DNA of 64,000 nt from Candidatus Altimarinota bacterium (GCA_041242255.1 JBESAV010000001.1:864001-928000); one strand, 5' to 3'; counted from the stretch's first letter, positions 40,978-51,676 are shown. The notes: generated by a model not told the origin, from the letters alone. Numbers and translations: made by a program.

Positions 40978-41068
40978 TTCTTTAATTTAAAACATAAACA
41001 ATCTATAGAAATTCTTTTTTCTTTTCAAGGCTCCATACTATATAATCCAATCAATAAAAAGATTCTTT

Positions 41069-41398
41069 ATGAATTCAACCACCAAATTCTACAAAAACCT
41101 CCAAGAAGCAACTCTATATCTCACGCTACCTCTTGGCCTTACCTGCTTGATAAGTGGGCTGTTGTACATAAATCAAATCTCCATGAAAAACAGCTGGCTG
41201 GTCAATCGCACAATAGATACCCCCTTTTTCATGGTTCTCACTTTGTATCTCTTTTCTAAAGTAAAACTCATCCAACTCCAAAGCTCTGAGAAACCACAAA
41301 GTAAATTCACTCAAATCCTTGAACTTACCCTACTCATAGGAGCAATTGCAGCTCTGATACTTTTCGATATATTCTTCACAAATAAAATACCTACTTAA
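41069..41398 (+). CDS. Hypothetical membrane protein (~3 TM)
   Basis: Three hydrophobic segments; TAATG coupling to the next gene. Confidence 0.6.
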   Translation: MNSTTKFYKNLQEATLYLTLPLGLTCLISGLLYINQISMKNSWLVNRTIDTPFFMVLTLYLFSKVKLIQLQSSEKPQSKFTQILELTLLIGAIAALILFDIFFTNKIPT

Positions 41399-41793
41399 TG
41401 AAAGTTCTTACCTTCGGAACATTTGACCGATTACATCCAGGGCATATTTTCTATCTAACTGAGGCTAAAAAACTTGGGACACAACTATATACAATTGTTG
41501 CACTAGACCAAACAGTTCAAAAAACAAAGAAACAAATACCTAGATTCAACCATTCTAAACGACTTCAAAATCTCAAAAATCTAAAATTAGACAATCACAC
41601 AATAATTCTAGGTCACCCAAACGACCCATACCATTTCCTTAACATAATACAGCCTGATATAATCGCACTAGGATACGATCAAACTCATTTCACAAAAAAA
41701 CTACAAACAAAATTCCCAGATACCAAAATAATCCGAATTAAGAACCATCACCCACATTTATTCAAATCATCCATAATCGCTAAATTCAAATAA
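41398..41793 (+). CDS. Cytidylyltransferase-family protein, RibL-like FAD synthetase
   Basis: FGTFDRLHPGH (HxGH), PDIIALGYDQ, KSS; 131 aa. Confidence 0.75.
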   Translation: MKVLTFGTFDRLHPGHIFYLTEAKKLGTQLYTIVALDQTVQKTKKQIPRFNHSKRLQNLKNLKLDNHTIILGHPNDPYHFLNIIQPDIIALGYDQTHFTKKLQTKFPDTKIIRIKNHHPHLFKSSIIAKFK

Positions 41794-41794
41794 A

Positions 41795-42679
41795 ATGAAC
41801 ACTTTCAAAGAAAGCTGGACCAATCTAAAAAGACATAATCTTCTTACTTTCGCTACAGTAGTCAGCCTTGGACTTATACTAGTAGTATTCAACGTACTTA
41901 TTAGTCACCACATCAAAGCTAAAGAGTTCATTGATGAATTATCCCAAAAAATCAACTACACCATCTACCTCCAACCAGAAATATCAGAAGATGAAATAGA
42001 CCAAATCCAAACATATCTCCAAAACCAACCTGAAATTCAAGAGGTAACTTTTTACTCACAAGATCAGGCCTTGGAAAACTTACAAGAAAAATCTCCAACC
42101 AGCGTAGATTTCTTAAGAGATTACGATTTAGAAAATCCTTTACCAAACTCTTTCAAGATAAAAACAACCAACCTAGAAGACCAAAAAACAATCCAAAACC
42201 GAATCCAAAACTCAAACTTTTCAGACAACCTCCTCCAAACAAAAATGGAACGAGAACACACCGACACAATCCAAAAAGTCATTCAAAACCTTATCAAGAT
42301 CAAAGAAACAAGTCTCAACGCCTTCATAGGAATTCTAGCGATCTTCACCTTAGCAGGAAGCCTAATCACGTTTAACGCTATCAAAACCAGTCTATACAAT
42401 AGAAAAAACGAAATACAAATCATGCAATTAGTAGGTGCAACCTTAAGCAGAATTCGATCCCCATTCCTACTCGAAAGTGCACTGATCGGAGTATTTAGCT
42501 TCTCAGTAAACCTACTTCTTCTTATCCCAATAGGACAACTTTTCCTTACTTCCTTTCAAACTGACCAGAACCTCCTTATCCTAGGTATACAACTAGCAGC
42601 CTCTATTCTAATAAGCTTCATTACCAGTTTACTCCTGGTTAACAAACACCTAAGATCTAAAGAAATCTACCAAGACTAA
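41795..42679 (+). CDS. ftsX: Cell division permease FtsX
   Basis: TM, extracellular NPLPNSF domain, RKNEIQIMQLVGA...IRSPFLLE. Confidence 0.85.
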   Translation: MNTFKESWTNLKRHNLLTFATVVSLGLILVVFNVLISHHIKAKEFIDELSQKINYTIYLQPEISEDEIDQIQTYLQNQPEIQEVTFYSQDQALENLQEKSPTSVDFLRDYDLENPLPNSFKIKTTNLEDQKTIQNRIQNSNFSDNLLQTKMEREHTDTIQKVIQNLIKIKETSLNAFIGILAIFTLAGSLITFNAIKTSLYNRKNEIQIMQLVGATLSRIRSPFLLESALIGVFSFSVNLLLLIPIGQLFLTSFQTDQNLLILGIQLAASILISFITSLLLVNKHLRSKEIYQD

Positions 42680-43392
42680 TGTCCCAAAAACTAACAAATG
42701 ACCAGTTAATCATACTTCGTAAATTCCCAATAAACGAAAGTGATTTACTCATAGTAGTCTTCGGCAAACAACTTGGTAAAATACTTATCAAAGCCAAAGG
42801 AGAAAGAAAAACTAAAAGCCAATTCAAAGGAAAAATCAATATTTTCAACCACCTAAACGCTACCATTTACGACAGTGGAAGATCTTTCACACTTACTGAA
42901 GCCAATCTTATCACTCCTGGACCTGACGGAACAAACCTCTTCCAATTCCAAAGCTTCCAACAAATCTCAAAAATCCTAAACCAAATTCTTCAAGATCAAC
43001 ATCCACAACCTCAAATTTTTGAGCTACTCACCCAACTCACTCAGCTTGAATCAGAACAACTTCTCGAGATATTCATCATAAAACTCCTTTACCTTGAAGG
43101 ACACATTTATCCAGTTCAACCTCCAGAAAAAATCCCTGAGGGTAAATCACTCTACTTCTACATAGACAAAAACGGATCTATCAATTCAACTTTAGACACA
43201 CAAGTTGACCCTAATAACCTTATCCCTCCAAAAATAATAAAAGCTATAAACTTTTACCTAAAAGCTCCAATTCAAACATGCTCAAAACTTAAATTATCCC
43301 AAGAAGAACAAGAAGAACTGCATAAAACAGTAAAAAACCTATACCAAAACAACCTTAACCTAGAACTAAAATCAATTCCAAAACTAGTCTAG
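42679..43392 (+). CDS. recO: DNA repair protein RecO
   Basis: IILRK..INESDLLIVVF...GKILIKAKG.RK.KS OB-fold N-terminus; no Zn-finger Cys. Confidence 0.8.
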   Translation: MSQKLTNDQLIILRKFPINESDLLIVVFGKQLGKILIKAKGERKTKSQFKGKINIFNHLNATIYDSGRSFTLTEANLITPGPDGTNLFQFQSFQQISKILNQILQDQHPQPQIFELLTQLTQLESEQLLEIFIIKLLYLEGHIYPVQPPEKIPEGKSLYFYIDKNGSINSTLDTQVDPNNLIPPKIIKAINFYLKAPIQTCSKLKLSQEEQEELHKTVKNLYQNNLNLELKSIPKLV

Positions 43393-45653
43393 ATCTGCCT
43401 TACAGCAATAACACTCTCTACCCGCTCTAACTTAGACATAATTCTTTGAAGCTGCTCTTCATCATCGACTGATATACTCAAAAGCCTCATTTTTATCTTA
43501 TCTCCAGAATTCTTATCAAGTGATAGATCCTTAATATTTATACTTTCATCTCTCAAGATTTGAGACACATCAAACAAAAATCCAACTCTATCCACCAACT
43601 CAATACACAAATCCACATCCAGCTTTTGATCACGCTCTTCACCTTTCCAGTAAACAGGTATAGTCCTATCACTCAAACCATTCAGCATAACCTTACAGTC
43701 TTTCCTATGCACACTAATTCCACTCCCCCTGGTGACATACCCCACAATCTTTGATCCAGGCTTAGGATTACAACAAGTGGCATATCTTATTTTAAGATCC
43801 TCTCCTCCATCAATCACAACCTCACGATTGCTAGAAGCTTTAACAACCTTTTTTTTCTTAGCTTTCTTAGGCTTTACATCATAAAGATATACATTCTTAA
43901 ACACAGTAGAAGGCAAGATAACTCCAGCCCCAACTTCCTCAACAATCTTCTCTCTCTGCTTTAAAGTAAGATCTTTATCTCCATACTTCTTCATAACTGA
44001 AAACTCTGAATCCAATGGCTCTTTATCCATCTTCTCAAAGAAAGCATTCAAAAGTTCTTTACCTTCTTTCATGTTCTTCTCAACATCCTCACTCTTAAAG
44101 AAAGATTTTATTCTAGATTTAGCCCCAGATGTAACCACAAATGAGAGCCAATACTGATTTGGCTTACTATCCTCTTTAGTAATAATATCAACAACTTCAC
44201 CATTCTTCAGCTTGTAGTCCAAAGGCACAATCGCACCATTCACTTTAGCCATAACACATTTATGACCAACATCAGTATGCACAGCATAAGCAAAATCAAC
44301 TGGAGTAGCACCTCTTGGTAAATCTTTCGTATCACCATGAGGAGTTATCACAAAAATCCTATCATTAAAAACATCTCTTTGCAGATCCTCAATCAACTCA
44401 TCTCCATCAGGAGTATTTCTTTGCAATTCTTCTAAAGCATTAACCCATGCTGTTCTAGAAGCAGAAACTTTCTTCTTAGATAACTTAGACTTATCCTCTG
44501 ATGAATTTTCCTTCACAAATTTTGATTTCAACTCATCCCAAATACCTCTTTTTGAATCCGTTGCAACAGCCTTACTCCCTCCGGTATCCTTATATAACCA
44601 ATGAGAAGCAATCCCTCTCTCTGCTTCATCATGCATTATCTCATTTCTCAACTGAATTTCGATTGGATTATTGTATCCATCAGGACCAAGTCCAATAACA
44701 GTCGTATGCAAACTTCTATATCCGTTAGGTTTCGGCATAGCTATATAATCTTTAAACCTGTTTGGTAGTGGAGTCCATCGATTGTGAATATCTCCCAAAA
44801 TCTTATACAAATCACTCACATCCTCTTCCCCTAAATTATTAACCTTAGTTGGGGTAACTATTCTTATAGCAAAAATATCGTAAACCTCATCCACCACCGC
44901 ACTCCCCTTCCTCTTCAATTTCTTATAAATACTATACCTACCCTTCACTCTAGAACTAATATCAAAACTGTAACCTTTTGTTTGCAAATATTTAGTTAGC
45001 GAAGCCTCAACAGACTTTATAAGATTCCCACTAGATTTCGAATAAGACTTAAGTTGCTCATCGATCTCTTCATACATATCAGGATAAATGTATTTGAAGC
45101 ATAAATCCTGCAAATCAGATTTAATACCATAAATACCAAGCCTAGATGCTATCGGTACATAAACATCCATAGTCTCTTTAGCAATTCTCATTCTTTTATG
45201 ATCTGAAACTGCGTCCAAAGTAGTCATATTATGCCATCGATCACAAAGCTTAATAATAATAACTCTCAAATCGGATGCCATAGTCACAAACATCTTTCTA
45301 AGATTCTCCACATTAGGTTCATCGATTCTCGATCTAACTTGCCCAACTTTCTCAAGTCCGTAAACCATATTTCTTACTCCTTTTCCAAACTCTTTTTCTA
45401 TATCATCTAACGTTCTCTCAGTATCTTCCGAAACATCATGCAATAAACTCGCAATAACCATATCCTCATCAGGATTGAACTCAAGAAGCTTCAAAGTTAC
45501 AGCAATTGGGTGAATATAATATGGCTCACCAGTTTTTCTTTTTTGACCATCATGTGCTGCTTTACCAAACTCAAACCCCTTCAACAAACGAGCCTTATCA
45601 AATTTAGGATTATAATCTAACACTTTCTTTACAAATTGGTTTGCAGACAACAT
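43389..45653 (-). CDS. rel: Bifunctional (p)ppGpp synthetase/hydrolase (long RSH)
   Basis: HDVSED, KLCDRWHNM, YRSLHT, EIQLR, TGS (TPVDFAYAVHT), CCNP, ACT domain. Confidence 0.95.
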   Translation of the reverse strand: MLSANQFVKKVLDYNPKFDKARLLKGFEFGKAAHDGQKRKTGEPYYIHPIAVTLKLLEFNPDEDMVIASLLHDVSEDTERTLDDIEKEFGKGVRNMVYGLEKVGQVRSRIDEPNVENLRKMFVTMASDLRVIIIKLCDRWHNMTTLDAVSDHKRMRIAKETMDVYVPIASRLGIYGIKSDLQDLCFKYIYPDMYEEIDEQLKSYSKSSGNLIKSVEASLTKYLQTKGYSFDISSRVKGRYSIYKKLKRKGSAVVDEVYDIFAIRIVTPTKVNNLGEEDVSDLYKILGDIHNRWTPLPNRFKDYIAMPKPNGYRSLHTTVIGLGPDGYNNPIEIQLRNEIMHDEAERGIASHWLYKDTGGSKAVATDSKRGIWDELKSKFVKENSSEDKSKLSKKKVSASRTAWVNALEELQRNTPDGDELIEDLQRDVFNDRIFVITPHGDTKDLPRGATPVDFAYAVHTDVGHKCVMAKVNGAIVPLDYKLKNGEVVDIITKEDSKPNQYWLSFVVTSGAKSRIKSFFKSEDVEKNMKEGKELLNAFFEKMDKEPLDSEFSVMKKYGDKDLTLKQREKIVEEVGAGVILPSTVFKNVYLYDVKPKKAKKKKVVKASSNREVVIDGGEDLKIRYATCCNPKPGSKIVGYVTRGSGISVHRKDCKVMLNGLSDRTIPVYWKGEERDQKLDVDLCIELVDRVGFLFDVSQILRDESINIKDLSLDKNSGDKIKMRLLSISVDDEEQLQRIMSKLERVESVIAVRQI

Positions 45654-45734
45654 ACGAAAAAATATTAACAAATACTTTTCATCACTGTGCAACTAATAAT
45701 ATGTCAATTCAACCAAATAATAAACAGCAAATTA

Positions 45735-46964
45735 CTACTGACCATCAATAATCAAATCCAAATCAACATTCCTATAATCCACAACCCTTACTCCCTGTAT
45801 AAACGCCTCTCTATTTAACTCAATCGCTGTGATTCGATCAGTCACAATCGATTCAATTCCATTATATCTATCTAAAATAGCTTGTCTTGCCTTAAGTTCA
45901 GAAGTGAGTACAACTTCCCTTCTTCCTAGTTCCTGAAAGACTCCTAATAATTCACTCACTCTACTTGAATTTAAAGCTTCAACCTCACCAAAAAACTCTA
46001 CCTCCACAGCTTCAAGCTCAAGCTCTAAAGCATTTAATCTAACTAAATACTGGTTTATTTCTTCTTCCAAATCACTTTGAGCCATCAAAGCACTCTCATA
46101 ATTACCTCTAAGATTCAAAACATAGTTTTCATAAGCCGCCTCTCTATCATTTACTACGGAAAGATAAGCAAACAGATCCGTATTAAAGACAGATCTCAAC
46201 TTCCTGTAAGTATCTAGATATCTACCAATTTTTGACTGGCTTTGGTTCGACATACCAACAATTCCAATCAACTCTATTGCTTCACTATCCAATCTTTCCA
46301 ACTCATCACGACCAATACTTCCGACATCTCCCACTCCACCAATTCCATCATCTTTATTTTCAACAGGCTCCTCCACCACAGGCTCGCTTGGCTCTTCGTC
46401 AGTTGGTTCTTCTTCATTTCCAGAAAACCACTCAGAAATCCTATCCCACAAACCAGGTCCTTCATCGACAACTGGTTCCTCAATCAAAGGCTCATCTGGC
46501 TCATTGGTTATATCATCCGGAGTACTAGAAAATAAGCTCAACAAATAATAAAAACTTAAAATCACTCCAATTACAAAACATAAAATAATCGCAAGAAAGA
46601 TGTACAATTGCCTTCTAGTAATACCTACATCTCCCAAAAACTCATCTAATTTTGATGGGTTTTCAATTTCGAGCATTTGATTCAAATCTTCTTCAGTAGT
46701 CTTTGGCTCAACAGGTTTATCAACATCAACATTCTTTCTTACCTTTGAAGCTATCTCCCCAGAAATCTCACTGAAATCAACATTTTCATTAACAGTATTG
46801 TCAGCTACCTCTGGATTATCAGAAACCTGCTCTGCAAAATCCCCTAAAGTTTTACTAATCTCAGCATCTTTTATATCAAGTTGTTCAGATTCATTGAGAT
46901 TTTTATCAAGTTTATCATCTTGATTATCTTTTCCTTCTGGATTTAGATTAACATCTTTCGGCAT
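45735..46964 (-). CDS. Bitopic membrane protein: acidic N-region, 1 TM, P/E linker, coiled coil
   Basis: TM 'LYIFLAIILCFVIGVILSFYYLL'; TGGTATAAT upstream. Confidence 0.65.
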   Translation of the reverse strand: MPKDVNLNPEGKDNQDDKLDKNLNESEQLDIKDAEISKTLGDFAEQVSDNPEVADNTVNENVDFSEISGEIASKVRKNVDVDKPVEPKTTEEDLNQMLEIENPSKLDEFLGDVGITRRQLYIFLAIILCFVIGVILSFYYLLSLFSSTPDDITNEPDEPLIEEPVVDEGPGLWDRISEWFSGNEEEPTDEEPSEPVVEEPVENKDDGIGGVGDVGSIGRDELERLDSEAIELIGIVGMSNQSQSKIGRYLDTYRKLRSVFNTDLFAYLSVVNDREAAYENYVLNLRGNYESALMAQSDLEEEINQYLVRLNALELELEAVEVEFFGEVEALNSSRVSELLGVFQELGRREVVLTSELKARQAILDRYNGIESIVTDRITAIELNREAFIQGVRVVDYRNVDLDLIIDGQ

Positions 46965-47104
46965 AAACCTTTTTACACTCCCTTAATTATACCACAAAAC
47001 ACCTAAAAGGCGAAACTAGAACTAAAGATCAAAACTATATATATGACGACCCAGTTTTAGCATTTGAACTAAATTTGTATCCATAAAAGTTATATCATGC
47101 AGAT

Positions 47105-47461
47105 ATGATAAATACACAAGAAATCAGTAAGTTTTTCACCCAAGAAGAAGCTAACAAAAGCTTAGTCTTAGTTAGCAAAATTGCTAATGATATAGAAAAC
47201 AAATCTCAACAACTTCAACTAATCAAGTCAAAACTACTAATCGACCAAGAAGACCAACAACTTCTCGAAGAAGTTCAAAACCTTGGTAATCAGATCATTC
47301 ACCACGCCCACGAACTAGAAGATATAGGAGCTCAGATCTTAAACATTGCTCCTCTAATAATAGGATTCCCACAAATAAAAGGTGATGAAGTTAGCTTTTT
47401 AACATGGAGCCTCGGACAAGACGAAGTTAGACCAGAATTAAGTGATCACCTTGTAAAATAA
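47105..47461 (+). CDS. DUF2203-like protein
   Basis: FFTQEEAN..L, ELEDIG, GFP....VSFLTWSLGQDEV. Confidence 0.6.
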   Translation: MINTQEISKFFTQEEANKSLVLVSKIANDIENKSQQLQLIKSKLLIDQEDQQLLEEVQNLGNQIIHHAHELEDIGAQILNIAPLIIGFPQIKGDEVSFLTWSLGQDEVRPELSDHLVK

Positions 47462-47553
47462 TACATAAAATATATTTCTGCATACCTTATCTTTAAGGTC
47501 TTATTTGTCATATCAAGAATTTCCAAATAACATATTCTCCTTAATCAAATTTC

Positions 47554-47763
47554 ATGCAGGAATTCAAACTAAACTTCACCTTAAAAGATTTTCAAGAAAG
47601 AAACGTAGTATTAGAAAACCCAAAACTAGGTCAAATCCTATGGCCAATAAAGCTTTTTCCAGATGATATCCATAAAGGAGATCAAGTCAGCTTAGGAATC
47701 CTAACTAAGAACTACCAAACCAAAGAAAACCACATCAAAGAAGCTCTCAAAGAACTACTCTAA
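47554..47763 (+). CDS. DUF3006-like small protein
   Basis: F.E..VVLE...ILWP..LFPDDIHKGDQV; TTGTCA-17-TAACAT upstream. Confidence 0.55.
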   Translation: MQEFKLNFTLKDFQERNVVLENPKLGQILWPIKLFPDDIHKGDQVSLGILTKNYQTKENHIKEALKELL

Positions 47764-49067
47764 CCTTCCCATATCCAATCCGCTAGAAGCTTCTTCTCCT
47801 TCACACCAAAGTAACTAATGTATTCTCCAAAAGCTAAACTGTAGGCAGACTTAGCACCAAACTTACCATCGAAAATGGTAAACTTAGAAACATCCTTCAC
47901 AGGCATCCTCAAAAATCGATCTTTAGTATATTTTATTTTATACTCTGCTCTCACCATTTCGGGCCACTCTTCAAGACTTACACCAAACACTTCCTCAGCA
48001 AGCTCCCAAATACCTTCCCATCTATTTACCCTAATTTCACAACCTAACCTTGTTGCAATATTTTGCAATGTATAGCCATTGTAAATAGGAATTGTTCTAT
48101 TCTCTATTGAACTAAAAACCATATCCAAGACTTCAGGATAAACACCTTTTAACACTTCAATAATCTCTTCATCCTCCATATTTTCCATAGATCTTATATC
48201 TAGATCAGGCCAAATCATAGCCGCCATACTCATTTTTTGCTCTATACCAAAAGTACTATCAATATCTATTTTCAGTATAAACCTAGCATATTGAGCCAAA
48301 CTTAAATCACAATCAAATAACTCCTCAATCTGAGCAATCTCCAATTCCAAAAATTCTTTGGCAGTATACTTACTTTTAATCATCTCATGTTTCTCTAAAA
48401 TAAATTTTTCGAACTTCTCAGGCGCAATTTGCTCCAACAACAATAATTCAAAAATATATGGTTTCCTTTCACTATATCCTATCATATTTTCACCATACGA
48501 AGACTTAGACAAACTCAAATCAGCATCTATTTCCAAAACATAAGTTCCACGCCTTTTTTCTTCAGAGAATACAATCATTTTTCCAACATCAGATAAAGTG
48601 ACACAACAATACGGTAACTTTCCCCAACTCTCAGTCACCTTCCCCACTTTTACTTCCAATGAACCCTTACTATATCCAGCTCTTTCTAAACCTCTAATCA
48701 AAGCTTCCAATTTACCTGGATGCACATAATCCATTCTTTCAATACTAGATTCACCAACCCGAATATCATCTGATCCAGAAGACTCCGGCGGCAAAAACTC
48801 TGTAGATTCATAGGTTACTCTAAACCAATCTCCAAAGGCTTTACCCTGACTAACCATCATCTTAGGCAGCAAACCATACCTTTCCGCAAAATCAGAAAAA
48901 CTTACACTGACCTTAGGAGTTAACTTTGAATTTTCATATTCAAAAACAGATAATAATTCTTCTAGCTTAACTTCTCTTAAAACCGAAGCAACAGTATCCA
49001 CTGGAACTTCCTTATCATAGATAAGTATCCCAAATTCAACTGCTGATTCTATTATTAATCTTTCCAT
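47760..49067 (-). CDS. Orphan protein with three degenerate ~60-aa C-terminal repeats
   Basis: Units begin KYTAKEF / VYPEVLD / KYTKDRF and end AMIWP / AEEVFG / ADWIWE. Confidence 0.65.
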   Translation of the reverse strand: MERLIIESAVEFGILIYDKEVPVDTVASVLREVKLEELLSVFEYENSKLTPKVSVSFSDFAERYGLLPKMMVSQGKAFGDWFRVTYESTEFLPPESSGSDDIRVGESSIERMDYVHPGKLEALIRGLERAGYSKGSLEVKVGKVTESWGKLPYCCVTLSDVGKMIVFSEEKRRGTYVLEIDADLSLSKSSYGENMIGYSERKPYIFELLLLEQIAPEKFEKFILEKHEMIKSKYTAKEFLELEIAQIEELFDCDLSLAQYARFILKIDIDSTFGIEQKMSMAAMIWPDLDIRSMENMEDEEIIEVLKGVYPEVLDMVFSSIENRTIPIYNGYTLQNIATRLGCEIRVNRWEGIWELAEEVFGVSLEEWPEMVRAEYKIKYTKDRFLRMPVKDVSKFTIFDGKFGAKSAYSLAFGEYISYFGVKEKKLLADWIWEG

Positions 49068-49085
49068 TATTCAAAGTTAGACCAA

Positions 49086-49113
49086 ACTCTAACACTTTAA
49101 ATAAAACAGTCAA
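49086..49113 (-). promoter_or_regulatory. sigma70 promoter abutting the VIT1 stop
   Basis: TTGACT-16 nt-(TG)TAGAGT. Confidence 0.6.
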
Positions 49114-49833
49114 CTACACAAATAATTTTTCAAGTATATCACCGACATAGAAAGAAACCAATGCCGCAACTCCACCTAACATCAAAGTTTCAGCTACAGC
49201 TCTAAAAATATTTTCTTCAGTTAAAACACTTTTCAAAACTCCTATCAGCACAAAACCAATCGAAGTAAATAGGCATGAAAGAGGAAATAACTGCTCATCT
49301 CCAAGATTCAAAGCATCCTGAAAAATATATGTAAGCAAAGGTATAAAACCAACCAAAACAAATGCAGCATAAGTCATCACACCATTCCAAACAGGGTGAG
49401 ATTGCTCAAGCACCTCTTCATGTTCATGCTTAAGTACAACATCGACAGCCACATCTTTATTTTCACCAATTTTCTTAACAACATCATCTTTCATTTTCCC
49501 TTCAAATCCCATCTTTCCAACAATTCCTTCCAAAACTTTCATAAAACCTGATCTGTTCTTTTTATAATCTAAAGCAACCTCATTCTTCAATCTTGAGAAA
49601 TTATGCATACTTGATTTTGTTGAAAGATAACTCCCAATACCCATAGAAAGTCCATCTGCAAGCATATTTGCAATCCCAAGAATCAATACAACCTTAGTAT
49701 CCAATCCACCACCTGCAGACCCAGCAACAACAGCAAAAGTAGTTACAGATCCATCAATACCTCCATATACAAATTCTCCTAGGTATTCTCTAGACTTAGC
49801 CAACAATCTCTCTCTCTTATTTTGTTTATTCAT
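49114..49833 (-). CDS. VIT1/CCC1 family Fe/Mn transporter
   Basis: FVYGGIDGSVTTFAVVAG, ANMLADGLSMGIGSYLS. Confidence 0.9.
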   Translation of the reverse strand: MNKQNKRERLLAKSREYLGEFVYGGIDGSVTTFAVVAGSAGGGLDTKVVLILGIANMLADGLSMGIGSYLSTKSSMHNFSRLKNEVALDYKKNRSGFMKVLEGIVGKMGFEGKMKDDVVKKIGENKDVAVDVVLKHEHEEVLEQSHPVWNGVMTYAAFVLVGFIPLLTYIFQDALNLGDEQLFPLSCLFTSIGFVLIGVLKSVLTEENIFRAVAETLMLGGVAALVSFYVGDILEKLFV

Positions 49834-49947
49834 AATAGTTTTTAAATTTATACGCTATACTACAACATTTCCGGAACTTCTCAAACATTTTTTCAGGTTC
49901 ATTATTCCACTTAAAACCCTTAAAATAAACCCAATTAATCAAACAAA

Positions 49948-50721
49948 ATGACTAAAATCTATTCATGGAACGTTAACGGAATCCGAGCAGTATACAAAAA
50001 AGGATTTATGGACTTCCTAAAAACACAAGACCCAGACATACTATGCCTTCAAGAAATCAAAGCTAATCACGATCAACTCCCCCAAGAACTACAAAACCTT
50101 GAGGGTTACCACGCTGTATTCAATTCTGCTGAAAAAAAGGGCTACTCGGGTACTGCCATCTACTCTAAAGAGAAACCTACAATGGTAGCCTATGAAATAC
50201 CAGAACTAGAGCCTCAAAACGAAGGAAGAGTTATCACAGCTGAATTCAAAAATTTTATTTTAGTTAACGTATATACTCCAAATTCAAAAAGACAACTAGA
50301 ACGTTTAGGCCAAAGACAAATTTGGGATAAAGGCTTCACCAGCTACCTCAACCAACTTCGCCAAGAAAATCCAAACAAAGCCATAATATGTTGCGGAGAT
50401 TTAAACGTAGCTCATCAAGAAATTGACTTAGCTAGACCAAAACAAAACACCAAAAACGCAGGATTCACCCAAGAAGAAAGAGCGGGTATACAGCGACATA
50501 TCGACAACGAATTCATAGATACTTTTAGACACCTCCATCCAAAAAAAGCAGAAGAATACACCTGGTGGAGCTATCAAGCAAAATCCAGAGAAAGAAATGT
50601 AGGATGGAGAATCGATTACTTCCTTCTAGATAAAAACCACCTTGATATACTTCAAAAAGCTGAAATTCATCAAGATGTACATGGCTCAGATCATTGCCCG
50701 ATTAGTATTCAAATCAAGTAA
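49948..50721 (+). CDS. xth: Exodeoxyribonuclease III (AP endonuclease)
   Basis: SWNVNGIRA, LQEIK, GYSG, GDLNVAH, GWRIDY, GSDHCP. Confidence 0.95.
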   Translation: MTKIYSWNVNGIRAVYKKGFMDFLKTQDPDILCLQEIKANHDQLPQELQNLEGYHAVFNSAEKKGYSGTAIYSKEKPTMVAYEIPELEPQNEGRVITAEFKNFILVNVYTPNSKRQLERLGQRQIWDKGFTSYLNQLRQENPNKAIICCGDLNVAHQEIDLARPKQNTKNAGFTQEERAGIQRHIDNEFIDTFRHLHPKKAEEYTWWSYQAKSRERNVGWRIDYFLLDKNHLDILQKAEIHQDVHGSDHCPISIQIK

Positions 50722-50754
50722 AACATGTTAAAATAATTAGATATAACAAATAAA

Positions 50755-51669
50755 ATGTCTAATTTTAAAATATCTATTATTGGATGTGGAAACGTAGGAG
50801 CTACTACCGCATACACACTACTATCAGAAGAGATTGCCAGCGAAATATGCATTTTTGATATTAATCGAGATAAGACCAGAGGTATTGTTTTAGATTTTCA
50901 ACATGCCCAACACTTCTTACCAAACACAAAAATCACAGCAGCAAAAGAACTAAAAGATACAACAGCCTCAGATTTAATAATAATAACCGCTGGTGCCAAA
51001 CAAAAGCCTGGTCAAACACGTGAAGACCTAACTATCAACAACAAAAAAATTTTTGAACAGCTTATTCCAGAAATTGCTCAACACTCACCAAACTCAATTC
51101 TTCTAATCGTTACAAACCCTGTAGATGCACTAACTTTCTATGCTAAAGAGTTAAGTGGCTTTTCTAAAGAAAAAGTAATAGGAACTGGAACCTTATTAGA
51201 TACATTCAGATTCAAATACCATCTAAGTCAAGATTCTAAAATCAATCCTCAAAATATTCATACCTATGTACTTGGAGAACACGGCGACTCTTCCCTTCCT
51301 TACATATCAGGGGCAAATATTGCTGGTAAACCAATTACTAAAATACTACAAAAGCAACAAATCAACTCATCTTTCAAAGATACACAACAAGCAGCCTACA
51401 GAATCATTAATGATGTCGGATATACATGCTATTCCATAGCACAAGTTTGCAAAGAAATAACCAAAGCCATCGTTCAAGACTCAAATAAAATTCTACCTGT
51501 ATCCACATATTTAAACGGAGAGTATGACTTAAAAGATATAAGCTTGAGCGTTCCATGCCAGATAAACAAACAAGGAGTCGCAAAAGTAATAGAAATACCT
51601 TTATCTAAAAACGAAACTAAATTACTTAAAAACTCAGCTACAAAAATCAAAAGCATGATTAATAGTTAA
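50755..51669 (+). CDS. ldh: L-lactate dehydrogenase
   Basis: GCGNVG, AGAKQKPGQTR (Gln at the specificity site), NPVD, GEHGDS. Confidence 0.88.
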   Translation: MSNFKISIIGCGNVGATTAYTLLSEEIASEICIFDINRDKTRGIVLDFQHAQHFLPNTKITAAKELKDTTASDLIIITAGAKQKPGQTREDLTINNKKIFEQLIPEIAQHSPNSILLIVTNPVDALTFYAKELSGFSKEKVIGTGTLLDTFRFKYHLSQDSKINPQNIHTYVLGEHGDSSLPYISGANIAGKPITKILQKQQINSSFKDTQQAAYRIINDVGYTCYSIAQVCKEITKAIVQDSNKILPVSTYLNGEYDLKDISLSVPCQINKQGVAKVIEIPLSKNETKLLKNSATKIKSMINS

Positions 51670-51676
51670 CTAAAAA

